From: an uncultured Bacteroidales bacterium
GTDB taxonomy: Bacteria; Bacteroidota; Bacteroidia; Bacteroidales; VadinHA17
DNA: 64,000 bases
Assembly: GCA_963844935.1 (NCBI GenBank)
Contig: CAWJQH010000004.1
Coordinates: 236,307 to 300,306 of the forward strand
Direction: 5' to 3'
Shown here: one piece after another, positions 54,995-64,000 of the stretch
How positions within the stretch are numbered: the first letter of the stretch is position 1
Layout of the letters: each line of letters starts with the position of its first letter
Position numbers and translations under genes: made by a program
The notes under the pieces: generated by a model
The model's input: only the letters and a program-made list of their open reading frames with translations
Databases searched by the model: none
Told to the model about the DNA's origin: nothing

Positions 54995-56500
54995 TTAGTA
55001 GCCGGGTGTGCCGGCATTTGCCATTTCAATTATTGCCAGGTATATTAGTTTGGCCACATCCTCCATAATTTCGGGGGTCACAGCGGTCTCGTCATCACCC
55101 GGCAGGTGATACCAGACCGGCTTCACCCTTTCGGTTGTTGAAATATCCATGGTTCTGTAGCCGTCTGCCAGAAAGACCAGGCCGTCGCTTCGCGGCCGGC
55201 CGTAATAAGTAACAGTTGAGACTGATGACCTCAGTGGCCGGTGGATATACTTTTCATTTGCCGTCCTGAAATACCCGGTCAGCCCGGCACACGACGCCGA
55301 AGCACTCACTGCCAGTCCTGTTCCGTTGCCCACCATGTCTAGGTTGATGTAGGCGACGGTTTTTTCTTTGGGGAAGAGCGGGTTTTCCACGTATAATTTG
55401 CTCCCCACGAGCCCTGTTTCTTCACCGCCGATTAACAGAAAAAGCACAGAGCGTCTGAGTTTTATTCCTGAGCCTGCAAGCGCCTTTGCCGCGGCCATTA
55501 TGTCAACCACGCCGCTGGCATTGTCAAACCCGCCGGGCACAATTATCCCGCCTGCATTGCCCACGGCATCAAGATGGGCGCCGATGATTATAACCTCATC
55601 CTTCAGAACAGGATCCGAACCTTCGATAATTCCTGCAACATTGCATGTCCTGCCCTCAGGATGCCTTGTTGTATTTGCCTTTATCGTCATTACCTTCCCT
55701 GTCGGGAAGGAAGCCGGCCTGAACGATTTGTCTATTTGCGCGGTCACAGCAGCATTGGTTTTCCCCAGGCCGGCAAAAATGTCTGCCAGCGGTTCAGGAC
55801 CTATTCCGCAGACAATCATATTTTCAATATATGAAATGTTGGGATTGGCGCTGTTGCCGTCGATATAAAGCATCCCGGCAGCTCCGTGCAGCGCTGCGTT
55901 TTCAGCCTTGTACTGGTGATAGCAGTATCTGACCCATTTTGCATATTCGGGATTAAGTGCATCCTTATAGGGAACATCGCGGTTCATCAGCACAATCCTT
56001 CCCTTCACGTCGATGCCCTTATAATCGTCGTAGTTCAGCTCAGGGGCCGTAACGCCGTAACCAACATAAACCACCTCCGCGGTTACCTCTCCGCTGCCTG
56101 AGTTCATTCCGGGATAGTACTCAGCGGGGGCACTGTAGTTTTTTATTACAGTAGTGCCGTCTTTCTGGGTGATGTGAAGCTCCAGGGATCCGGCATCATT
56201 CACTACTGTATATGGCTGATCGAACCACTGGTAATATGTGCCGTTGTCGCCCACAGGCTTTACGCCCCACTCGTGCAGCCGACCTGCCACCCACTCTGCA
56301 GCTGCCGTATATTCCGGAGTACCGGCCAGCCTGCCGTTATATTCAGGCGAACATAATTCCGCCATCCAGCCGGCTATCTCCTCGCTGCTGATTGAATGAA
56401 AATGTTTCAGAAGAAGCGCTTCATCAACTTCCTGCGCCGGGGCGCTAAAGGAAAGAACGATTGATAACAGCAGGGCATGGATGATAAAAAAGGCTCGCAT
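54995..56500 (-). CDS. M28-family metallopeptidase with PA domain
   Basis: Signal peptide. ..IIGAHLDAVG.., ..FLLIGGEETGLVGS.., PA-domain insert (..VKGRIVLMN..). Confidence 0.8.
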   Translation of the reverse strand: MRAFFIIHALLLSIVLSFSAPAQEVDEALLLKHFHSISSEEIAGWMAELCSPEYNGRLAGTPEYTAAAEWVAGRLHEWGVKPVGDNGTYYQWFDQPYTVVNDAGSLELHITQKDGTTVIKNYSAPAEYYPGMNSGSGEVTAEVVYVGYGVTAPELNYDDYKGIDVKGRIVLMNRDVPYKDALNPEYAKWVRYCYHQYKAENAALHGAAGMLYIDGNSANPNISYIENMIVCGIGPEPLADIFAGLGKTNAAVTAQIDKSFRPASFPTGKVMTIKANTTRHPEGRTCNVAGIIEGSDPVLKDEVIIIGAHLDAVGNAGGIIVPGGFDNASGVVDIMAAAKALAGSGIKLRRSVLFLLIGGEETGLVGSKLYVENPLFPKEKTVAYINLDMVGNGTGLAVSASASCAGLTGYFRTANEKYIHRPLRSSVSTVTYYGRPRSDGLVFLADGYRTMDISTTERVKPVWYHLPGDDETAVTPEIMEDVAKLIYLAIIEMANAGTPGY

Positions 56501-56601
56501 AAATAGAAAATTCTTGTCCTGAGGATTGTTTAATGATTACAAATATATCGTTTTAGTGAAACAGATTTGGAAAAGGCTGAAGTAACACCTTATTTTGAAG
56601 G

Positions 56602-57852
56602 ATGCGAAAAAAACGTCCCGAAAGGCTGGTGACCCGTGAGTTCATCGTTGCCTTCATCCTTGTGACAAGCCTTTTCTTTCTCTGGGGTGTGGCTCACAGC
56701 CTCCTTGACGTGCTTAACAAGCACTTCCAGGATATCCTCGGAATCACCAAGGCCAGGTCAGGACTGGTGCAGGCAGCTCTTTACGGAGGCTATTTCGTGA
56801 TGGCTATACCGGCAGGACTGTTCATGAACAGGCTGGGTTACAAAAAAGGCATAATAACCGGCCTGCTGCTTTATGCCGCAGGTGCTTTTTTCTTCTGGCC
56901 CGCAACATATATTCAGACCTTCGGGTTTACGCTTTTCTGTCTCTTTATAATTGCCTGCGGACTGACTTTTTTGGAGACAGCGGCAAATCCTTATTCAAGT
57001 GTTCTCGGACCGAAGAAGACGTCGGAGCAGAGGCTCACCCTCTCACAGTCGTTCAATGGCCTGGGGTGGATAATAGGTCCTGCCCTGGGTGGGATGCTGA
57101 TTTTAGGAAACAGCGGTGACGGAGAAACCAACAAGTTCGCCTCCATGGCCGTTCCGTACATGCTTATAGGAGGGGTGGTGCTTGTGATAGCATTCCTGTT
57201 CATAATCACCAGGCTGCCGGAGATCCATGAAGGTGAATATGACAGTCGCGGCGACAAGGGAACATACGGGGGACTTTTCAGGGTGCGGCATTTCCGCTAT
57301 GCGGTGATTGCCCAGTTCCTGTATGTGGCAGCACAGACAGGCATCAACAGCTTCTTTATCAATTATATAGTTGAGACCATGCCGGGCTATTCACCCGAAA
57401 AGGCTGCATATCTTCTTTCACTGGGTTTTGTCTTCTTCATGTCGGGCCGGTTCCTGGGATCTCTGTTCATGAGCTGGTTCAGTCCGCGTCAGATGCTGGC
57501 TCTCTATGCTGTTGTCAACACTGCGGCCATGGCCCTTGTGATTGCGGGCCTCGGCTGGCCGTCACTGATTGCCCTGTACCTAACTTATTTCTGCATGTCT
57601 ATAATGTTTCCCACCATTTTTGCGTTAGGATTAAAAGACCTGGGGGGCATGACGAAGAAGGGCTCCTCGGTGCTTGTTATGACAATTGTCGGCGGAGCCA
57701 TTTGCCCTGTTATTATGGGCCGGATAGCCGATGTCTCGCGTATGGCTGTCGGTTTTGCAGTGCCGATGGTCTGCTTTGCCTTTATAGCATGGTATGCTTT
57801 TTTCCGTGCGAAGAGTATGTCAGAAGACATTAAAACCAGGCCTTCGCACTAA
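56602..57852 (+). CDS. MFS sugar transporter (FucP/GluP family)
   Basis: 12 TM helices. N-terminus ..LFFLWGVAHSLLDVLNKHFQ..L..T.A.SGLVQAALYGGYF is typical of fucose/glucose-galactose permeases. Confidence 0.8.
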   Translation: MRKKRPERLVTREFIVAFILVTSLFFLWGVAHSLLDVLNKHFQDILGITKARSGLVQAALYGGYFVMAIPAGLFMNRLGYKKGIITGLLLYAAGAFFFWPATYIQTFGFTLFCLFIIACGLTFLETAANPYSSVLGPKKTSEQRLTLSQSFNGLGWIIGPALGGMLILGNSGDGETNKFASMAVPYMLIGGVVLVIAFLFIITRLPEIHEGEYDSRGDKGTYGGLFRVRHFRYAVIAQFLYVAAQTGINSFFINYIVETMPGYSPEKAAYLLSLGFVFFMSGRFLGSLFMSWFSPRQMLALYAVVNTAAMALVIAGLGWPSLIALYLTYFCMSIMFPTIFALGLKDLGGMTKKGSSVLVMTIVGGAICPVIMGRIADVSRMAVGFAVPMVCFAFIAWYAFFRAKSMSEDIKTRPSH

Positions 57853-57861
57853 AATGACGAA

Positions 57862-58500
57862 ATGAAGGATAAATTTCTGATATTTTTTTTGCTGATTGCA
57901 CCATTAAGTGCCGCACAGGATACGTGGTACGGTGAGGTTGCGCTATTTGGCGGAGGAGGTACGAATGACATCTTCAGGTATGATGAGCTTGATGGAGCAG
58001 GCTCGGTCACTGGAACGGGCACGTGGACAACAGGTATTGATATACGGAGGTTATTCGGCGATCATTTCAGTCTTGAGTCCGGCCTTGGATATTCCCATCA
58101 GTATTATTATACAAGTCCTGCCCCGGGGATCACCGGAGATGATGTTCCCGGAAGTTTTGGATTAATAGTCCTGCCTTTTACTGCCAGGGTCGATTTCCTG
58201 CATTGGTTTTTTGCCGATGCAGGGGCAGTGTTTACGCTGCAGACCGGCAACTCTCAGACTGATAATATGACGGGACTGGGGGCCACACTGGGAGCCGGTT
58301 TTCAGTACAACTTCAAATCTGACATTTTCTTAAGGATCAGAGCTTATACAAGCCAGTATGCCCTGTTGCATTTTATGCCGGAAGATTATCCGCAGACGCT
58401 GATGAATTCAGGTGTGACCTTAGGGATCGGTTACAGGTTCATTCATCTCGGCAAGTGCAACTGTCCGGATGATAACAGTCCCCGCAGGAAATATTACTAG
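57862..58500 (+). CDS. small outer-membrane beta-barrel protein
   Basis: Signal peptide MKDKFLIFFLLIAPLSAAQ and alternating aromatic/Gly beta-strand pattern (..GLGYSHQYYY.., ..GAGFQYNF.., ..TLGIGYRF). Confidence 0.6.
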   Translation: MKDKFLIFFLLIAPLSAAQDTWYGEVALFGGGGTNDIFRYDELDGAGSVTGTGTWTTGIDIRRLFGDHFSLESGLGYSHQYYYTSPAPGITGDDVPGSFGLIVLPFTARVDFLHWFFADAGAVFTLQTGNSQTDNMTGLGATLGAGFQYNFKSDIFLRIRAYTSQYALLHFMPEDYPQTLMNSGVTLGIGYRFIHLGKCNCPDDNSPRRKYY

Positions 58501-59484
58501 TCCTCAGCTATTTCCCTGATCATTTCTTTTGCCTCTTTCCATTTCTCTTCGGGCATGCGGGCACCTACGACCTCGATGACTTTTCCTGCAAGTATTGACC
58601 CGAACAGGCCGCATTTGTCGAGGCTGAAGCCGTGTGAGAAGCCGTAGAGGAAGCCTGCGGCATAAAGATCGCCGGCGCCGGTGGTATCAACGGGTGTCAC
58701 CGGCAGTGCATCGACCCTGATCACTTCCTCGCCTCTTTTTATCCATGATCCCACGGGACCGGTCTTCACAATTGCAACAGTGCATCTCCTTGCTATGGCG
58801 TCAAGCGCTTCCCTCGGGTCAAGTCCCGTGAATGCCCTTGCTTCCTCTTCATTGGCGAAGATGATATCGACATATTTGTCGACGATTTCATTAAATCGCG
58901 GCAGCATATCTGTTACCACGTTGAAGCTTGACAGGTCGAGAGCGATACACATCCTTTTTTCTTTGGCCAGGCGGCAAGCCTGTTCGACGAGGGGGAGGTT
59001 AAAGATGAGATATCCTTCGAGGTAGAGAATATGGTAGCCCTTGAATAATAAGCTGTTGAGCTCTTCGGCGACCAGCTCTGTGGCGGCGCCGAGGTGGGTG
59101 GCGAAAGTACGTTCCAGAGTCAGGAGTAACAAGTGCCACGGCTGTACCTGTGGGTGATGCGTGTGCACGCATGAGCACGGGTGTCACGCCGGCCTCGACC
59201 ATATCCTTCTCGTAGAAGTTGCCGAGCTCATCGCGGCCCACTTTACCTATGAATGATGATGGTATGCCCATGATACCGAGGCCGTACATTGTATTTCCTG
59301 CCGAGCCGCCGGAGGCGAGCGTTTTTTGCATGGAGTCAATTGACTGTTTTATCTCGCCTGAGCGTGTGTTATCGACCATTGTCATGCTTCCTTTGGGGAG
59401 GCCGAAGCGTGTGAGGTATGTGTAATCAGGCACCATTGTCATGACGTCTACGAGTGCGTTGCCGATGCCTAATATCTTCTTCAT
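58497..59484 (-). pseudogene. PfkB-family carbohydrate/adenosine kinase, one frame break
   Basis: The N-terminal ORF 58999..59484 (MKKILGIGNALVDVM..GGSAGNT..) and C-terminal ORF 58497..59168 (..DTTGAGDLYAAGFLYG..) join as ..LVTPDS | ERTFATHLGAA... Indel near 59116-59120. Confidence 0.8.
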
Positions 59485-59529
59485 CCGGAAAATTTTGACA
59501 AAGATATTGGTAAATTCGTTTAAAGCGGT

Positions 59530-59537
59530 TAATTTTG
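59530..59537 (+). promoter_or_regulatory. -7 box TAATTTTG (TAnnTTTG) for tRNA-Asn
   Basis: Exact consensus match 25 nt upstream of the tRNA 5' end. Confidence 0.5.
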
Positions 59538-59561
59538 CGACGCTTTAAAAGGCAAATATCT

Positions 59562-59635
59562 TCCTCAGTAGCTCAGTTGGTTAGAGCACCTGACTGTTAA
59601 TCAGGGGGTCCCAGGTTCAAGTCCTGGCTGGGGAG
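59562..59635 (+). tRNA. tRNA-Asn (anticodon GTT)
   Basis: Hand-folded: acceptor TCCTCAG/CTGGGGA, D arm GCTC-AGTTGGTTA-GAGC, anticodon arm CCTGA-CTGTTAA-TCAGG, T arm CCAGG-TTCAAGT-CCTGG. 74 nt. Confidence 0.9.
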
Positions 59636-59648
59636 CGAAGCAAGTCAA

Positions 59649-59681
59649 CCACTTACACGGATTTCGGGTAAGTGGTTTTTT
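59649..59681 (+). terminator. intrinsic terminator after tRNA-Asn
   Basis: CCACTTAC-11 nt-GTAAGTGG followed by TTTTTT. Confidence 0.8.
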
Positions 59682-59688
59682 CTTTGGC

Positions 59689-59711
59689 GCCAGTTTTGGG
59701 CCAGGTTTTGG
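59689..59711 (+). repeat. direct repeat, left copy (GCCAGTTTTGGGCCAGGTTTTGG)
   Basis: Matches 63969-63992 (GCCAGTTTTAGGCCAGGTTTTTGG) with one substitution and one 1-nt indel. Confidence 0.75.
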
Positions 59712-60024
59712 ATGAAATTCACTGTTTTGGGTCATAAATTGATGACGGTTGAAGGCTGTTATTAAGTAAGGACTGATGCGTATATTTAAATGAAAATAGC
59801 TGGAAAAATTCCAGCTACTCATGTCCATCCTACTGTCTTACATTTAAAAACAATTGACTTTGGATTGAGGAAAGCATAACTTTACATAAATACCATTGAT
59901 CTGATTAATTGACATTAAATTCTATCTCAATTTCATTTGATCAGCCGCTTGTGCGATCGAATGTTAAGGTGAGCCAGGCTTACCAACGCACTTTTGCCAG
60001 TTAGATTTTCTAAAATATATAACC

Positions 60025-60939
60025 ATGAAAAGGGGAAACTTATTTAACTATTTTTTAATGATCATTCCATTGTTATCAATGAGTAATTGGGCCTATTCGC
60101 AGAGTCCTATGACCAATGCTGTTTCAGATCAAAAAGTAGCAGAGAATTTTTACCTGATAAAGGACTTTGGCTGTAATATTGCGGTCATGGCAGGGCAAGA
60201 GGGTCTGATAATTATCGATACAGGTCACGAAAGGTCTTCATTAAAAACAAATTTAGTTATTTCGACAATTTCCAATCTGCCTGTAAAGTATATTTTAAAT
60301 ACACACCTTCATTTCGACCATTTGGGAGGCAACAAAAAACTTTCGGAAAAGGGAGCAATAATTGTTGCGCATGAAAATACCAGGAAGGGAATGTTAATGG
60401 AATGGAATATGCCAGAGATAGCAGGAATTAAATATCCTGTAATTCCTCCCTATCCTGAGGAATATTTGCCAAAAATATGTTTCCATGACTCGCTTAACAT
60501 TTATTTCAACAATGATATTATTAAGTGTATTTGGTTACCAAATGGTCATTCTGACGGTGATGTGATTTACTATTTTGAAAAAGCCAACTTAATCCATGCA
60601 GGAGATTTGTTCTTATCTAATGGATTTCCAATAATTAATCCACTGCCAGGTTCAATAGATGCTTATATAAAAGCCGTTGATGAGATTATTAAAATTTGTG
60701 ACGAGAATACTGTTATTATACCAGGCCATGGACCTGTCGCAGATCGCCAGGAATTGAAAGAGTATAAAATTATGTTGACTAAATCAAGGAACAGGATTGA
60801 CAGGTTGGTAAAAGAAGGAAAAACATTGGATGAGGTCATTGCAGCAAATCCGACCAGGGGTCTTTTTAAAGGTGGAAAATCATGGTTGCCAGACAAGCTA
60901 TATATCGCAACAGTCTTTATGGGTTTATCTCAAAAATAG
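60025..60939 (+). CDS. secreted MBL-fold metallo-hydrolase
   Basis: Signal peptide. HxHxDH in NTHLHFDHLGG. Later GHSDGD and PGHGP. Confidence 0.8.
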   Translation: MKRGNLFNYFLMIIPLLSMSNWAYSQSPMTNAVSDQKVAENFYLIKDFGCNIAVMAGQEGLIIIDTGHERSSLKTNLVISTISNLPVKYILNTHLHFDHLGGNKKLSEKGAIIVAHENTRKGMLMEWNMPEIAGIKYPVIPPYPEEYLPKICFHDSLNIYFNNDIIKCIWLPNGHSDGDVIYYFEKANLIHAGDLFLSNGFPIINPLPGSIDAYIKAVDEIIKICDENTVIIPGHGPVADRQELKEYKIMLTKSRNRIDRLVKEGKTLDEVIAANPTRGLFKGGKSWLPDKLYIATVFMGLSQK

Positions 60940-60994
60940 AAAGTTGTCTTTTGTGAATGTATTGTTCCTATGCCATCAGATAAATCCCAGTAAC

Positions 60995-62054
60995 ATGAAA
61001 AAAACTTGCACAATAGCAATGATTATAGCATTCTTGATGCTGTTGTCAAATGGCCTACGAGCTCAAAATAATCAACCCAGCCAAAGGGAACCTGGAGCCG
61101 TACCAGAGGCCAGAATTTATCACAGCCTTGTATACCATATTAAAACTGACAATATTCTTGTTTTTGCTGGATTAACTAAGCGAGGTTGGATAGGAGATCT
61201 TCGTGATATTTGGAAGTATGATCCGAACACTGAGCAATGGAAATATGTTGGAATATGTGAAGCTGTTTCAGATGATGGTAAAAGCGTAATTACTACAATG
61301 GCCTATGATCAGGAATCTGATCAATTTATATCTGTTGACCATAATGGCAGTACCTGGGCTTACAATTTTAAAAAAAATCGATGGAAAAACATGAATCCGC
61401 TAACATCTCCTTCGGGTAGGGCGGGACAAGGAATGGCCTATGACAAAGAGTCGGATCAGAATAATAATGTTCGGAGGATTTGGTGGTAAGAGTATTGATG
61501 ATTCAGTTTTCTCCGATACATGGACATATGATTTTAATGCCAATCAGTGGACTAAAATGAACCCCAAACTATCTCCTTCAGCAAGAATGTATTTTGCTAT
61601 GACTTATGATGCAGAGAACGATAAGGTAATTTTATGGGGCGGACGAAAAAAGGATCCAATTACTGATAATATGGTTTGGATATATGATTATAACGAGGAT
61701 TCATGGGAATTGAAGGAAAATATCGGAGGTCCTGAAAAGCCTTTAACATACTCAGTAATGGTAAATAGAATCAATTCTAAAGACAATATCATATTTGGAG
61801 GTGCGATACTTGAGTCTGTCTATAAGGGGACTTTAACCAATGAAACATGGTCATACAATTTAACACAGAACAAATGGAACCGATTATCTCCTGAAGTTTC
61901 TCCTCCCCCTATGGCAGACCATAATATGGCATACGATGCAAAAAGGAATTCAATCATCTTGTTCGGAGGAGAGCTTGGGACTCTGTACTCAAACAAGTTA
62001 TCTGGAGATCTATGGATATTTAATTCAGGAATAAATTCATGGATTAAAAAGTAG
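60995..62054 (+). pseudogene. secreted Kelch-repeat beta-propeller protein, one frame break
   Basis: ATG 60995 (MKKTCTIAMIIAFLMLLSNGLRAQ). ORFs 60830..61489 and 61440..62054 join as ..GMAYDKESD | RIIMFGGFGG... Indel at ~61455-61462 in an A-rich run. Confidence 0.7.
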
Positions 62055-62184
62055 ATAAATACCTTATATGTAAAGAGTTACTCAATCTGTTTAAAGTCCC
62101 AACAAGACCCTGGAAAGGACTTACCCATGCTTTTAACGGGTAAATCGAAATTTTTTCACCAGAATCGAGATTAATATATCGAGA

Positions 62185-62685
62185 TCATTTCTTTTGCCAA
62201 TTCCATGTAAGAGCTGCAACGGCATTACTATTTTGAGAAACTGTTAATATGAAGGCATCTTGCGACTTGAATTCAAATTTAAATTTTATTGATGCATTTT
62301 CTGGATCGGAAATATCCTGTTGCAGCACTCCTTCAACTATATTCTTAGATGTGAACCAAACTACATCAATCTCCATTACTGGAGTATTATTGAATATTTC
62401 TGCAATAATAATTTTATCATTCTTTTTATCATACCCCCATAGGTACTTATTCTGATCAAAAATTGTGTCTTTGGAAATAAATCTAGTATTCCCTACCATC
62501 GCATCGCCAAAAGGTATGTTCTCAAAAATCATTGAAGAGCCATCAGGACTATCATGCTTCCAGCTACCAATAAACTGCTTCATCAACTCCATTTGATCAA
62601 GTTTTGTGTCAGCGGTCTGTGCCTGAATCCCGTATGTACAGAATAACAGAGCAGTAATCATTGTGGTCAAACAAACAGTTTTCAT
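62185..62685 (-). CDS. hypothetical small secreted protein
   Basis: ATG 62685 with signal peptide MKTVCLTTMITALLFCTYGIQAQ. 166 aa, beta-rich. Confidence 0.6.
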   Translation of the reverse strand: MKTVCLTTMITALLFCTYGIQAQTADTKLDQMELMKQFIGSWKHDSPDGSSMIFENIPFGDAMVGNTRFISKDTIFDQNKYLWGYDKKNDKIIIAEIFNNTPVMEIDVVWFTSKNIVEGVLQQDISDPENASIKFKFEFKSQDAFILTVSQNSNAVAALTWNWQKK

Positions 62686-62864
62686 TTGATTGGGGTATGG
62701 TTTATAAATAAAAAAAAATTGTAAATCAATTATATGATGAAAGTTACGCCGAAAATTAACCACAGTCAAATAAATTGAACAATACTTGACATCTATTATA
62801 TTGATCAGTAAATTTGACATAAAGCGTTATACCCTCTCATAATTAATAACTTCTACCCTTACCC

Positions 62865-63821
62865 ATGAAAAAAACCATTTTGGCTGCAGTAACAGTATAT
62901 TCTATTTTAAGTTTTTCTTCCAACCTATCTGCCCAAATGCTGTGGAAACAAGTGACAACATCTGCTGAATGGCAAGCAAGGTTTCAGCATTCTGCAGTAG
63001 TTTTCAATAATAAAATGTGGGTAATGGGCGGCAGTAGTGATACAATTGTCTTAAATGACATCTGGTATTCAAAAAATGGTTTAAAATGGACAATGGCATC
63101 TGGCAATGCTGGGTGGTCAGGTAGGGCATGCTTTACTTCTGTGGTTTTCAAAAACAAAATATGGGTAATAGGTGGTTGTTTAGCGAATGGCACCAATTTG
63201 AACGATGTGTGGTATTCATCAGATGGTATTGAATGGAAGCAAGCAATAGCATCTGCTCCCTGGACTGGAAGGCATTATCATACATCAGTAGTATTTGACA
63301 ATAAAATCTGGGTGTTTGGTGGGTATGATGGCAATTGGAAAAATGATGTATGGTGTTCATCAGATGGCTTAAACTGGATTCAAACAACTGATTCGGCATC
63401 ATGGTCAATAAGATGTGCCCAATCATCAGTAGTCTATGATAATAAAATGTGGGTAATTGGTGGTGTATATAGAAAGGATAAAAAGTTCGTCTACCTGAAT
63501 GATGTTTGGTATTCAAATGATGGTAAAAATTGGATTCAGACAACTGATGCTGCATTATGGCCCAAAAGGTATGCGCCCCAGGTAGTTGTTTATCGTGACA
63601 AAATGTGGTTAATGGGTGGATGTCCGATGTTTCCATCGACTCATATAAATGATGCCTGGTCTTCTACTGATGGAACTGTATGGAATCAGGCAGCCAATTC
63701 ATCTGCCTGGGCAGCCAGAAAAAGTTTCTCAGTATTAGAGTATAAAAACCGCATGTGGTTAATTGGTGGCGATACTACTGCTTATAAATATGGGACCAAC
63801 GATGTCTGGTATTCGAAATGA
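62865..63821 (+). CDS. secreted six-bladed beta-propeller repeat protein (Kelch-like)
   Basis: Signal peptide. Six repeats of ~48 aa: NDVWYS.DG..W.Q....A.W..R..H.SVVF.NK.WV.GG. Confidence 0.75.
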   Translation: MKKTILAAVTVYSILSFSSNLSAQMLWKQVTTSAEWQARFQHSAVVFNNKMWVMGGSSDTIVLNDIWYSKNGLKWTMASGNAGWSGRACFTSVVFKNKIWVIGGCLANGTNLNDVWYSSDGIEWKQAIASAPWTGRHYHTSVVFDNKIWVFGGYDGNWKNDVWCSSDGLNWIQTTDSASWSIRCAQSSVVYDNKMWVIGGVYRKDKKFVYLNDVWYSNDGKNWIQTTDAALWPKRYAPQVVVYRDKMWLMGGCPMFPSTHINDAWSSTDGTVWNQAANSSAWAARKSFSVLEYKNRMWLIGGDTTAYKYGTNDVWYSK

Positions 63822-63968
63822 TCCACAAAAAACAAATTTCAATAAGAGATAACAAAAAATGAAAAGTTTAACTCTGTCAATCTCATTGGAATTAACTTTT
63901 AATGCAGTAACTGGATAGGAAATATGCTCATTTAAAACTTCAGACGGGGAGTATCTTCTCAATACAAG

Positions 63969-63992
63969 GCCAGTTTTAGGCCAGGTTTTTGG
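63969..63992 (+). repeat. direct repeat, right copy
   Basis: See 59689-59711. Confidence 0.75.
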
Positions 63993-64000
63993 GAAAATCT

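Noticed and set aside
59601-59828. 75-aa minus-strand ORF
   Set aside because: It overlaps tRNA-Asn, its terminator and the direct repeat. Its low-complexity GPKLAPKKK translation derives from the repeat.
63148-63636. 162-aa minus-strand ORF
   Set aside because: It is antisense to the beta-propeller repeat gene, and its His/Leu-rich repetitive translation mirrors the sense-strand repeats.

Overview
This 64-kb segment looks like a Bacteroidota chromosome. That is an inference from T9SS C-terminal sorting domains, TAnnTTTG -7 promoter boxes, and DUF5686 and Fib_succ-type lipoproteins. The backbone is housekeeping: gltB-gltD, cvpA, tyrS, a Wzz-like/O-antigen-ligase pair, a GAF-PP2C phosphatase, efp, tsaB, a TolC plus adaptor pair, fbaA, pruA, a Kef-type antiporter, a PadR/PspC module, several hydrolases and transporters, tRNA-Gln(TTG) and tRNA-Asn(GTT). 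No integrase, transposase, CRISPR array or rRNA is visible. Two AT-richer blocks start directly 3' of the two tRNA genes. Island 1 (~26.4-36.5 kb) has all genes on the minus strand and starts at a 23-nt duplicate of the tRNA-Gln 3' end. It encodes my top candidate, a membrane-anchored TIR-TM-periplasmic module-TPR protein, together with small envelope proteins, a Cys-rich mini-lipoprotein, DUF5686 and two repeat lipoproteins. These genes are linked by several recurring intergenic motifs. Island 2 (~59.7-64.0 kb) is bracketed by a ~23-bp direct repeat and carries beta-propeller proteins and an MBL hydrolase. Other notable points are an orphan CcrM/HinfI-like adenine methyltransferase, phased 7-8-nt quasi-repeat arrays that abut stop codons at four gene ends, and G-quadruplex-type tracts. 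Frame disruption is also unusually frequent: eight genes are affected, including tyrS, plus an S8 peptidase with about six lesions. That means either indel-prone sequence or real gene decay. All domain calls come from reading motifs by eye and no database search was run.
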